Counted from the first letter of the stretch, positions 22,684 through 33,769 are shown. The stretch: 36,882 bases of DNA from Octopus bimaculoides (GCF_001194135.2 NC_068987.1:12064490-12101371); one strand, 5' to 3'. Numbers and translations are program-made. The notes: a model not told the origin generated them from the sequence alone.

Positions 22684-22742
22684 TTTATTGATGTACCTGA
22701 AGAGATCCAGAACGGGTCGAAACATGTGTTGTACCCAATAAA
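22684..22742 (+). ncRNA. Minimal type-I hammerhead ribozyme with intact catalytic core (probable Penelope-like pLTR)
   Basis: TTTATTG-AT-GTAC CTGAAGA GATCC-AGAAC-GGGTC GAAA CATGTG TT GTAC-C-CAATAAA. Core C3-A9, G10.1-C11.1, GAAA, U16.1 and a GUU site are present. Stem I is 4+7 bp and stem II is 5 bp. Confidence 0.7.
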
Positions 22743-22902
22743 GTCTATTATAAATTTCATCTATTTTATTAATACTCTTACCCCAACCGCCACTACGAAG
22801 TTCCTGCAATAAATCTACGGATAACAACAGGTAATCAAAACTTTGCCGGTGCTTTACTCATCATTTACTTATACATTTTGTATGATTTTTCCATTATTGT
22901 AT

Positions 22903-23160
22903 ATTAGCAGTATAGCCCGGCGTTGCCCGGGATTAAGTTAGGATTATTAAGCTAATCAAGCGCTTTGTTTCAAACCAAACTAAGTAACACTCATGTCAAA
23001 TTTGAGCGAAATCCGTTGAAATTGGTAAACGTTTGGCTGAAAATGAGTTGCAGACAATTTGATTGGGAAATCCCATAAGGAATCGGTTTATCGAATTTTC
23101 CACTCATCGATTGTTTTTTTTTTTGTTTTTTTTTGGAGAACTTAGGGCATTCAAAGATCC
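22903..23160 (+). mobile_element. Non-autonomous Helitron/Helentron (DINE/HINE-like) fragment
   Basis: It starts ATTAGCAGTATAGCCCGGCGTTGCCCGGG (compare the recalled ACTAG...CCCGGCGTTGCCCGGG start, with a short GC hairpin). It contains CATGTCAAATTTGAGCGAAATCCG, typical of such elements. Confidence 0.55.
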
Positions 23161-23169
23161 CATGGGATC

Positions 23170-23516
23170 AAAGCCCTGTGAGTGGATTTGGTAGACGGAA
23201 ACTGAAAGAAGCCCATCGTATATATGTATATATATATGTATGTATTTGTGTATATGCTTGTGTATCTGTCTTTGTCCCGCCCCAAATCACTTGACAACCG
23301 ATGCTGGTGTGTTTACGTCCCCGTAACTTAGCGGTTCGGCAAAAACGGCCGATAGAATAAGTACTAGGCTTACAAAGAATAAATCCTGGGGTCGATTNNN
23401 NNNNNNNTACTAGGCTTACAAAGAATAAATCCTGGGGTCGATTTGCTTGATTATAAAGGCGGTACTCCAGCATGGCCGCAGTCAAATGACTGAAACAAGT
23501 AAAAGAGTAAAAGAGA
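23170..23516 (+). mobile_element. SINE family B, young, 5'-truncated, (GTAAAAGA)n tail
   Basis: Close match to the reverse complement of 28406-28720. It contains a 10-N gap with a duplicated flank. Confidence 0.9.
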
Positions 23517-23730
23517 AGGGACGACCGACATGTTGGTTTGCCAAGTCCCAGTACTTGCCTACAAGTTAGAAACCATCTCTACTGCAATTACTTATTAAAT
23601 ATCCCTTTGCGCATATATGTATATTGAATTTGCACATTCGTTTCGTTGCATTTAACCAATTTATATTTGTTCTCTTACCAAATAATTCTCATTTATCTTC
23701 TGCATCTTTAGTATCCAACGTCAAACACGA

Positions 23731-23768
23731 TAATAATAACAATAATAATAATAATAATAATAATAATA

Positions 23769-23828
<60 letters not shown>

Positions 23829-23851
23829 GTTATTATTATTATTATTATTAT
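23731..23851. repeat. (AAT)n directly followed by (ATT)n - AT-rich palindrome
   Basis: Seen directly; the centre is at about 23771. Confidence 0.95.
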
Positions 23852-25069
23852 CAACTCTGAAGCCTCAATTATTTAAGGCCTCGCACCTCTTAAATTTTCA
23901 ATCCAGCTTTCTCGGTTCCCATCAATTATATTTTCAAATTCCCTATTTCCTTGTGTCCTAACTCCTTCATTCCAATTTTCTCGGTCCTCATCATTTATGC
24001 TTTTAAATTTCTATCATTCCCATTGCTTTCACTGCGTTACTGTTACACTCGAAAGATTCTTCGTTTTTCTTACAGCACTAACCTTTGTTTTTATTGTTTT
24101 ACATTTCTCTCTTGTTTATTTATCATGGGAGAGAGAGAGAGGGGGGAGCGTTTCTTGTTTCTCTTTGTTTCAGTTATATTTTTGCTTAACGATATCTTTT
24201 ATTTTTGATATTCTTCTTATTGTTTTTATATCATTCACCCACGGAAAATGGTGAAGAATATCGATATGCCCAATATTTATTTTCGTGACCATTTCTATGC
24301 GTTCTAGTTTGTTCCTCTTCGATTACTATCGCAAAGAGCAGTAGGTTTCTTCGACCGAATACACGTCATTGATTGGTTGAAATTACCCAAATACGACAAC
24401 TTTAACACGAAATAACTTCTAAAATAAGAACTTTTGTCAAAAATGTTCAGAGTAAACCGTGTTCTACGTGAGAAATTGTACCAGTATTCGAAGTTTCAAA
24501 CTGTTTAGTTAAAAAAAATTAATTAAAAAATCTGTGATTCAGGTGGAATAGATCCAAAATAAGACGTATGAATGACTTGGCCAGCTCACTGCCGTCCATG
24601 TCAATGGTAATAAAAAAAGTTATATAATTTTTTTAATACTTTTATAATTTTACATTTTGTGAATACAGTAAATTTCGTTGATTGTCGTATATTCGACATT
24701 CGTTCGGTCTCGCGTAGAATATTGATTTCAGTGTACACCACAGCCATATTCCATTCCATTTAAAGAGAGACTAACTACGTGCTCCTAAATAAACATCTAT
24801 GACTGCAACAAGTTATTACCACAGTAGATTTAATATATGGAAAAGTTGAAAGATGTATAAATGACTCAAACTCAGGAGCATTAGTTACCGTGTCTGGCAT
24901 TTTATCAATAATCCATTATCTTTCTACAAGGTTTTCCAAACGAGGCGGAAATATCGTTAGATCGCATTCAGTATAAAAATTTAGATGAAACATTTCCAAA
25001 ACCTATAATATTATATAATTGTATGGATTTTGACGCTTTGTTTCCAAAATAGCATCTCGTTGAGTAAAC

Positions 25070-25121
<52 letters not shown>

Positions 25122-25242
25122 TAGATAGATAGTTAAATCTATCTGTCTATCAAAAATTAAAGTTTTTTTTTGCACAAAATCAGCGAACATTAGCAGAATT
25201 ATGGATTCAATACAGGGATAGATATAATAAATTTATTGACAG

Positions 25243-25445
25243 TAAGCAGCGAGCTGGTAAAAATTGTGGCACGTCGGGCAAAGTGTTTAGCGACATTTCG
25301 TCTGGCTTTATATTCTGAGCTCAAATTCTGCTGAGGTCTAATTTGCCTTTCATGGTCTCGGGGTTGATAAATTAATGGTTGAAAACTGGGGCGTTGTAAT
25401 CGACTTACCGAAATAGCTGGCCTTGTGCCAAGATTTGAAACCGAT
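25243..25445 (+). mobile_element. SINE family A, older copy, tail type 3-like
   Basis: gcagcgagctgg...tctgagctcaaattc...gcctttcatggtctcggggttgataaatt...ggccttgtgccaagatttgaaacc. Confidence 0.8.
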
Positions 25446-25804
25446 TAATTTATTGAAGTTTTGCCGTATATATGGGCATATGAAACCGAATTATTCTAAG
25501 ATCTGCATTGGCTTTAAGCATCGCACTATTTGATATTTAGGAAGATGGAGAAATTAGCTCATATAGGAGAGGTTAAAAAAAGAAAGTAATAATAAGGATA
25601 CTGCACAGTGTTCAGTATTTCATTAGGATAGAAGTTCGAGCGGGAGTTTGGAAGAGAAACAATTAGAGAAAGAATTGTATGATTGTGACTGATGTAATAA
25701 ATTATGAAGAAAGGACCTGGAAAAGTAATGGCGACTAGCTAATAATAATAATTTTTATTTAGGTGTGTAGATTAAAGTTGAAACATAATATTGCATACTC
25801 AGCA

Positions 25805-26031
25805 GTGAACTAGCAGAAACGTTAGCACGCGGGGCGAATTGCTTAGCGGTATTTCGTCTGCCGCTACGTTCTGAGTTCAAATTCCGCCGAGGTCCACTTT
25901 GCTTTTCATCCTTTCGAGAACGATTAAATAAGTACCAGTTACGCACTGGGGTCGATGTAATCGACTTAATCCGTATGTCTGTCTTTGTTTGTCCCTTCTA
26001 TGTATAGCCCCTTGTGGGAAATAAAGAAAGA
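25805..26031 (+). mobile_element. SINE family A, tail type 2, with 18-bp TSD
   Basis: AATATT(G/A)CATACTCAGCA occurs at 25787-25804 and 26032-26049. Confidence 0.9.
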
Positions 26032-26124
26032 AATATTACATACTCAGCACAACCTCTGCACACAGAATTCTACGAACATGCGCTCATACACAGACACACG
26101 TAAAGATAAAGAAAGATAAAGGTT

Positions 26125-26475
26125 TCCTACTCGAGTCATGCTGGAGCAGTTTCAATGGAAAACGATGCCCCACCTACCATATTCACCAGACATTGCACCA
26201 CCACCCCCTCATTATCAGGTTATCATTTATTCCGCAGTCTTCAAAATCATTTGGACAGAGAAAATATGAATTATGTAGACGAGGTAAGAATAATACTGGA
26301 GGAGTATTTTCCGTCACTGACAAGTGAATTTTTGAAGAGGTGCCTTGCAAGTCTCTCAGATAGATGGAAGAGCATTGCAAAAAATAAAGGTGAGTATATT
26401 TTAGATTGAAAAAGAACTTTGTTTATCTTAATTTTGAAAAATAAAAGAAGTATAAAAAAAACCGCATTTTCTGTT
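26125..26475 (+). mobile_element. Mariner (DD34D-type) transposase 3' fragment with 3' TIR remnant
   Basis: LEQFQWKTMPHLPYSPDIAP / SGYHLFRSLQNHLD...RWKSIAKNKGEYILD* (frameshifted; matches the mariner YSPDLAPSDYHLF motif). It is followed by AAAACCGCATTTT. Confidence 0.88.
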
Positions 26476-26564
26476 TCTGTCATTTATGATTTGTTATACA
26501 TACATACATACATACATACATACATACATACATGCATACATACATACATACATANNNNNNNNNN

Positions 26565-26643
<79 letters not shown>

Positions 26644-26645
<2 letters not shown>

Positions 26646-27320
26646 TGGCCATGTCTCAGCTCGTGTGTGCTGACACATCCGTAGCGCTGAGTCTAAGTTA
26701 TGCATTATACGTGCAATTTCCTTTTTTTCTCCTTTCTTTTATAAATAATACATGAGCATGTTATCCAAAATGAACCTACACGCATCCAGATGTAGCTAAA
26801 TAATATATTTGCTACCAACTTCCAGCCTGTTGTTAATTTGGGGCTCTAGTTAGTCTATGAGGATAGCTTCCTTAATTCTTAGATTAAATGTTGTGTATAG
26901 CATACAATGTAACAAATACAAGTTCTAGGTGGGTAGCACAAGAAGACCGTTGCACATTCGCATCAAATAACATCTGAACATGAGAACCTCCTCCTTCAGA
27001 AAACATCTAGACAGATGCCGGAATACCAACAAAAGCATAAAAGTCGCAACTGAGGCCAATGAAAGAAATTTGGGTAATCTAAAAATTAAGGAACCTCTCC
27101 TCATAGACAGACTACGGCCCTAAATTAACAACAAGCTAGAGGCTGGCAGTCAATATATTATTTAGCTACATCTGGATGCATGTAGGTTCATTTTTGATAA
27201 CATGCTTACGTATTATTTATTTTAAAAAAGGGAGAAAAAAACGGAAACTGCACGTTTAATACATAACTTAGAAGCAGCGTTACGGACGTGTAGCACACAC
27301 GAGATTGAGACATGGCCGCC
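26644..27320 (+). mobile_element. 5'-truncated Penelope-like element (GIY-YIG endonuclease remnant) with an inverted copy of its 3' end
   Basis: 26887-27165 reads in one frame NVVYSIQCNKYKF*VGSTRRPLHIRIK*HL...LKIKEPLLIDRLRP*INNKLE (GIY-YIG motifs, three internal stops). 26644-26885 is the reverse complement of 27076-27320. Confidence 0.88.
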
Positions 27321-28405
27321 TTCACTCATTTCCCATGAGGAATTCTGGAAGGAGCTTCGTGAGAGCACAACAGAGACGCTTCCAAGGATGAAAAACCGTT
27401 GGAAAACCGATAATAGCAGTGACTCGATCAATTCCTAGGGATATCTGAAGAAGGAATTTTTATATTCCGAAATATTAAATCAGACTATGGATGATTAAAT
27501 TATAACAGTTATTATAGTCCATTGTCGTTATTACAGTGCATTGTTGTGCCATTCAAAACACATTATATATATATATATNNNNNNNNNNNNNNNNNNNNNN
27601 NNNNNNNNNNNNNNNNNNNNNNNNNNNNNNNNNNNNNNNNNNNNNNNNNNNNNNNNNNNNNNNNNNNNNNNNNNNNNNNNNNNNNNNNNNNNNNNNNNNN
27701 NNNNNNNNNNNNNNNNNNNNNNNNNNNNNNNNNNNNNNNNNNNNNNNNNNNNNNNNNNNNNNNNNNNNNNNNNNNNNNNNNNNNNNNNNNNNNNNNNNNN
27801 NNNNNNNNNNNNNNNNNNNNNNNNNNNNNNNNNNNNNNNNNNNNNNNNNNNNNNNNNNNNNNNNNNNNNNNNNNNNNNNNNNNNNNNNNNNNNNNNNNNN
27901 NNNNNNNNNNNNNNNNNNNNNNNNNNNNNNNNNNNNNNNNNNNNNNNNNNNNNNNNNNNNNNNNNNNNNNNNNNNNNNNNNNNNNNNNNNNNNNNNNNNN
28001 NNNNNNNNNNNNNNNNNNNNNNNNNNNNNNNNNNNNNNNNNNNNNNNNNNNNNNNNNNNNNNNNNNNNNNNNNNNNNNGATCGAAGTGTTTCAGTAATCA
28101 TATTTGACATCTGATAATGACATGATCACTTCATTTTTAAGGCCTCCTATAACAATGAGATTTTTGAATATCAAATTTCAAATAATTACTTTTCTGAACT
28201 ATTTTGAGGTTTTCTGTGTGAATGATCAATGATCACCATGAATGGTATATTTTAATTTAATCCTGTTGCGTATTAATTTTATATTCTGCCAGTGATTGAC
28301 TCATAAATGTCTTTTCGTTACGGAACTACATTGGCATTGGAAATGTACAGAACAACGATTTTTAAAAGAAGTTTGATGGTTTCATGACCAAGATATATAG
28401 GAGGC

Positions 28406-28631
28406 ATTCTTTTATTCTTTTATTCTTTTGTTTGTTTCAGTCATTTGATTGCGCCCATGCTAGAGCACCGCCTTTAGTTGAGCAAATCGATCCCAGGACT
28501 TATTCTTTTTAAGCCTAGTACTTATTCTATCAGTCTCATTGCTGAACTGCTAGATTACGGGGACGTAAACACACCGGTTGTCAAGCGATGTTGGAGGGAC
28601 AAACACATACATACATACATACATACATACA

Positions 28632-28667
<36 letters not shown>

Positions 28668-28824
28668 CGACGGACTTTTTTCAGTTACCGTCTACCACTC
28701 ACAAGGCTTTCGTCAGCCCGAGGCTATAGTAGAAGACACTTGCCCAAGGTGCCACGCATTTGGACTGAACCCGGAACCATGTGGTTGGTAAGGAAGCTAC
28801 TTACCACACAGCCACTCCTGTGCC
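28406..28824 (-). mobile_element. SINE family B, near full-length young copy with internal (TACA)n
   Basis: The minus-strand head has an A-box-like TGGCTGTGTGG and a B-box-like GGTTCAGTCC. It is followed by GCACCTTGGGCAAGTGTCTT (similar to the start of the CORE domain) and an (AAAAGAAT)n-like tail. Confidence 0.9.
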
Positions 28825-29124
28825 GGTCAATAGTTTTTCTGATTTGCATTTCTGATTTCATTTTACTTTTACTTTTTTATGTTCCACCTTGAGGCTATGG
28901 ACATACTGGAGCAATGCCATTTGATATGATTGCTAGTTAATTTCATTTCATTTCCAATATTAAAGTGAATTAACTTTCAAACAAAGCATCGAACCTGTTT
29001 GGCAAACTAGTTTGGAGTTTATCTCTTGTTTTAAAGCTTTCACCATTAAAATTCTAGTAATTATGATATACGCGTAAGATTAAAGCACACTTTTATTTAT
29101 CTGTAACCATTGTTTTATAGAAAC

Positions 29125-29345
29125 GTGACAAGCTGGCAAAATTCTTAGCACGTCCGAGAAAATACTTAGCGACATTTCTTCCCATTCTTTATGTTCTGAA
29201 TTCAAATTCTAATGGGGTTAACTTTCAGCCCTTCGGTTGAATAAAGTACCAGTCAAAATAAAGTACCAGTAAAATAAAGTACCAGTAAAATGAAGTACCA
29301 GTCAAGTACTGAGCTTGATGTAACTGACTTGAATCTTCCTCTCAA
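29125..29345 (+). mobile_element. Degenerate SINE-A with an internal 4x 16-17-bp tandem repeat
   Basis: Head gacaagctggcaaaattcttagcacg. AATAAAGTACCAGT(C)AA-type units are repeated at 29240-29304. Confidence 0.75.
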
Positions 29346-29582
29346 AACTAATTTTTCGCCCTTGAACCCTGCAACTGATCGGCAGCCCGTTCAGGGTTAT
29401 GTTGTGATCTCAGTCACTTACACTCCATGGGAACCGAGAAACCGGCCTTATGATTAATAGGGCCTTGTGATTACTAGGGCTTAAAAAAACAGTTGTTTTA
29501 TAGCTGGATATCACATACTTAGGAGGTAGTAATAAGTATAATATCTCAAATGAACTTACGACTTATTCAACAGATATGTATA

Positions 29583-29800
29583 CAATAATCCCTCAACTTC
29601 GTGGTTGTTCGTTCCACACACCCCACCGCGATAGGTGAAAATCAGCAAAGCAGAAACTGTACTGTATATTTTTTTAAAATTATTTTTATAATTTCTATAT
29701 ATCTATTTTATCATAAATGCAAAACAACGTCACGGAGGAATCGACATAAGCTAAAACAATAACCCGCGATAAGTGAACCGGATATGGCGAGGGATGACTG
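29583..29800 (-). mobile_element. Tigger/pogo-like MITE, short copy, TA TSD
   Basis: TA|CAATAATCCCTC...GAGGGATGACTG|TA. Both ends are homologous to the ends of 36051-36882 in the opposite orientation. Confidence 0.85.
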
Positions 29801-30386
29801 TAAATAGATACTTCGCCGTCGACGTCTTTGCTGTTATTGTTATTTAGGCTTAAATCAGCCTCGATCGAGGAGACCCAAGATGAAAGACACTCTCAGCTTT
29901 ATCTAGTATATCCATCCTCTTTTAAAAACGGTCAAGGGTGCTTTGAGAGGGATTTGGTTACAATTTCTAGCTTACGGTTCAACCACATCGAAGCTCCCTT
30001 GATAGTTTTGGCGTACGTGCAACTCATAGAGATTAATTTAATCTCTTCGTTAAGGAAAATAATTGCGAAAAAAAATAAGAGACAGACAAAAAGACGGAAA
30101 TAAATAAAAGAAATATGAAAAACAACGCTATGTCGTAATATTTACTGAAATGCATAGGAAAAATGATTACATTACAATTTCATACCAGAGACAGAATCAT
30201 GATTTTAATTAGATTTCTAAAAGCGGCTGCAGAAGTATGTAGTTTATAATGATGACAAGTTGACAATTGTGACGATCAGTTTAGTTACAGGAGAATATGA
30301 TATATTGAATTGCTTGAGAACATCGTGTTCCGAACATGTTGCACATCACGTAGCAGCAAGAAATACCTTTCATTTCAAAAGCTAAT

Positions 30387-30393
30387 AATAATG

Positions 30394-30449
<56 letters not shown>

Positions 30450-30707
30450 CTTTTCTACTCTAGGCATAAGGCCCGAAATTTTTTGATCGATGGCAGTACG
30501 CAACTGGTACTTAATTTATCGACCCCGAAAGGATGAAAGGCAAAGTCGACCTCGGTGGAAATTGAACTCAGAACGTAAAGACAAACGAAATACCACCGGG
30601 CGAAATAACTTAACGAAATTTCGTCTGTCTTTACATTCGGAGTTCAAATTCCGTCGAGGTCAACTTGGCCTTTAATCCTTTCGGGGTCGATAAATTACTA
30701 CTACTAC

Positions 30708-30769
<62 letters not shown>

Positions 30770-30800
30770 GTAATAATAATAATAATAATAATGATAATTT
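30387..30800. mobile_element. Head-to-head pair of SINE-A copies embedded in (AAT)n tracts
   Basis: 79-bp inverted arms at 30513-30591 and 30618-30696, with (AAT)n on both sides. Confidence 0.88.
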
Positions 30801-30802
30801 CA

Positions 30803-31010
30803 AATTTTGCCACAAGGGCAGCAATTTGCAAGGAGGAGATGAGTCAATTACATTGACCCCAGTGTTGAACTGGTACTTATTTCATGGATCCCGAAAGGAT
30901 AAAAGGCCAAGTCGACCTAGGCGGAATTTGAACTCAGAACATAGCGACGGGCGAAATACCGCTAAGAATTTCGCCCAGCGTGTTACTGATTCTGCCAGCT
31001 CACTCCCTTA
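30803..31010 (-). mobile_element. SINE family A, tail type 3
   Basis: Standard head and core. The tail reads aattttgccacaagggcagcaatttg...gagatgagtcaattacattgacccc on the + strand. Confidence 0.85.
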
Positions 31011-31019
31011 AGAATAATA

Positions 31020-31196
31020 ATCTTTTCTACTATGGGCACAAGACCCAAAATTAAGTACTTGTAGGGAGGGGACAAATCCATTACATTGATCCCGGCGTTT
31101 CACAGGTACTTCATTTATCGACCTCGAAAGGATGAAAGACAAAGTCGACCTCAGTGGAGTTTGAACTCAGAACATAGCAGCAGACGAAATGCTGTT
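31020..31196 (-). mobile_element. SINE family A, tail type 1-like, head truncated
   Basis: tcttttctact...atttatcgacctcgaaaggatgaaag...gaactcagaacatagcagcagacgaaat. Confidence 0.8.
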
Positions 31197-32033
31197 TTCG
31201 TTTTCTCATTGTGCCTACGTTTTTTGATGTCCTGTACCATACATGCATGTACATATACACATATATGTAGGTATGTACATATATGTATNNNNNNNNNNAT
31301 GGTGTCAAGAAGACCCAAAGGTGTCAAGTAATGCTGAGTAAGTGCTATAGACAGACTATAATTAAGCTCCAGGTTCGATAATGATACGAACGAGGAGCCC
31401 AACGTAGGTCGTGTATTAGCATGCATTTATATATCACTTCATCAGAGACAGTGCGAGAAAATGTTTAAGCAATAGTTATTATGGAGAAGATATGAAATAC
31501 AGAATGAAGTGGAGGAATGAAAACACGTGAGATACGTAAGGATATTGTATTTGCAGTTCCATTATTTAAGCAGAAACATGTGTAATGGTGAATAGATAAT
31601 ACCAAAATTATTTTCCAACTTCTTGTTTTGTTTTATATGTGTATGTATTTGTGTGTGTATAAAACACAAGAATGGCAATTTTTAAATCACAAATTTAAAA
31701 TTCTCAATAAACCCAGTCTCAAAAGTATCACACATCATAGAAAACTGTAAAGATTCAACTTTAGATTTGTATCTGATCTACTATATTAAATTATATGCAA
31801 ACATAGTTACATAAAAATCTTGCTCATATAAGCTAACTAAACTAAATTTGTATATATGTATGTGGGTGCATGAATGTGCGTAAGGGCTCTCACAGCGCAT
31901 GCTCACATACATGCACGTGATTTGCAAACTTCTATATATTCGGCACCCGCTCGACGCCGCGAACCACTGCTAGTGTGTGTGTATTTGTGTGCGTGTATGC
32001 GTGTGAGTGTGTGCGTGTATGCGTGTGAGTGTG

Positions 32034-32074
<41 letters not shown>

Positions 32075-32188
32075 CATATACATAATTTCCCAATATATTT
32101 TTCGATATATTTATTGTATGAACATTTTATTTCACACACACATGTCCGTGTATGCGTATCGGCCCGTGTATGTATATATGTGGTTATT

Positions 32189-32227
<39 letters not shown>

Positions 32228-33139
32228 TGCCTATTTTACAATGCGAAGATAGAAATACCTAAAAACTTCCACTACGTAACGAAAAAAGTTTATACTTCGT
32301 AAAATGGACGCCATAAAAATAAGAAATCTCGATGTTTTAAATCCCTTGTTCAGTAAGTTTATTCTTGTTTCTTCTTTCTTTAGTTTTAGATTTACAATAC
32401 TTTGTTGAAATGTTATTCTTCTGTGTATTAATGTGATATCATGATATCAATTATCTCCGAATTTATGACTAAAAAATAAATATATAAAAAGCATCGAGAG
32501 ATTAAGAAATTTTTATCTTCTTTATATTTTGCTCTTGTTTTTTTCCTTTATTTTAATTTCAGTTTTTATATTTATCCATTTTTCTCATATTTTCTTGATT
32601 TTTGTCTGTGTTCTAATGGAACGGATTCATAGACGAAAAGTTGAAACACTGAAATAAAGAAAAAAAAATGTTCAGAAAAACGTATATATAAAACAAACCG
32701 CAAATATTTATGTCCGTTTTTAGTTTATCACTGATAAATAACTGACAAATCAATTTATAATCCATTGTTAGAAAACTACATCCACGTTTTGGTACACCAG
32801 TAAATGTATCGTTAACAGTCTGAAGGCTAAATTACATTTTTTCTTGCGTATATATAATTTTTGGATTTTATCATAAATTTTTAATGTTTATCTTAACTAA
32901 GAAGTATGTTCCAGATAATCGAGAAAATCGTGGCAAGTTAAATATATATTATAAATAAACCAGTATGCGGAGTTATGTCCATGTCTGATTAGTATTTACT
33001 TATTGAATAAACACTGGGTATTCGGGTTAAATTTGATGTTTCTCTTGTTTACTTTTTGTCAGGAACAACGTGATGTATTAGTGAACAGTCAACGGCACTG
33101 GAGAGCATAAAGGTTAAAGTTGTAGTTGCAAAAAAGTTA

Positions 33140-33769
33140 GATGACGTGGAAGACTGGAATCCATCTGAATATTCAAAAAGAGCTTCCTGTGTCATGATTC
33201 GGGCCGACTGTCAAAATGCTGATGTCATGACTGCTGCCCAATGCTCAATGATCTGTGAACACTGTAAGAGCTGTGAAGCGTGATATGGACAGCTGCAGCG
33301 AAGACCGCGAAGCCGTGATCAGCAGAAGGTGACACAGTAAGCGTTCTGACTGCAATCGCACACCGGAATTCATCTCAACATCTTTGAACAGAGCCTCAGG
33401 CTCAATTCAGACGGTCATGTGAAGCTGTTGGAGAATACGGTGAATCCCTGCCTGGAGAGGGTTGCTTCTACCATATGTGTGATAGAAGGATTTGAATCAT
33501 TGCCATACCCCGCAGAATAAGTCAGAAATGGTTGCTGGAGAATTTCTATAGCTTCACCAGCCCCGATTGTAATCCTATAAATTACTAAATGTGGGGGCAC
33601 AGTTGAGACAGACACCAACAGCTCTGCCTGCGACACAAAGGCCGAGCTGTTGACCAAGATCAAAGATGTGTTCGAAGATCTTCCCATTGGTACAAGGAAG
33701 AGCGCATGTGCCAGATTCCGGAGCCATCTTGAAGACGTGGTCGAAGCTGAGGGCAGCTACTTTGAGTAA
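33140..33769 (+). mobile_element. Internally deleted maT (DD37D)-like transposase pseudogene
   Basis: Frameshifted segments: WNPSEYSKRA..., HSKRSDCNRTPEFI, SQKWLLENFYSFTSPDCNPINY*MWG, TVETDTN...KAELLTKIKDVF...ACARFRSHLEDVVEAEGSYFE*. The D-D spacing cannot be counted because of deletions, so the clade is assigned by motif resemblance. Confidence 0.8.

Noticed and set aside
23362-23443. Exact 36-bp direct repeat flanking a 10-N gap
   Set aside because: It is most likely an unmerged contig overlap. Other SINE-B copies contain this sequence once.
23860-24110. Pyrimidine-rich block with minus-strand DRENWNEGVR / NRESWIENLR peptides (similar blocks at 6660-6850 and 13680-13860)
   Set aside because: Could be old LINE 3' ends, but I could not establish homology among them or to a known family.
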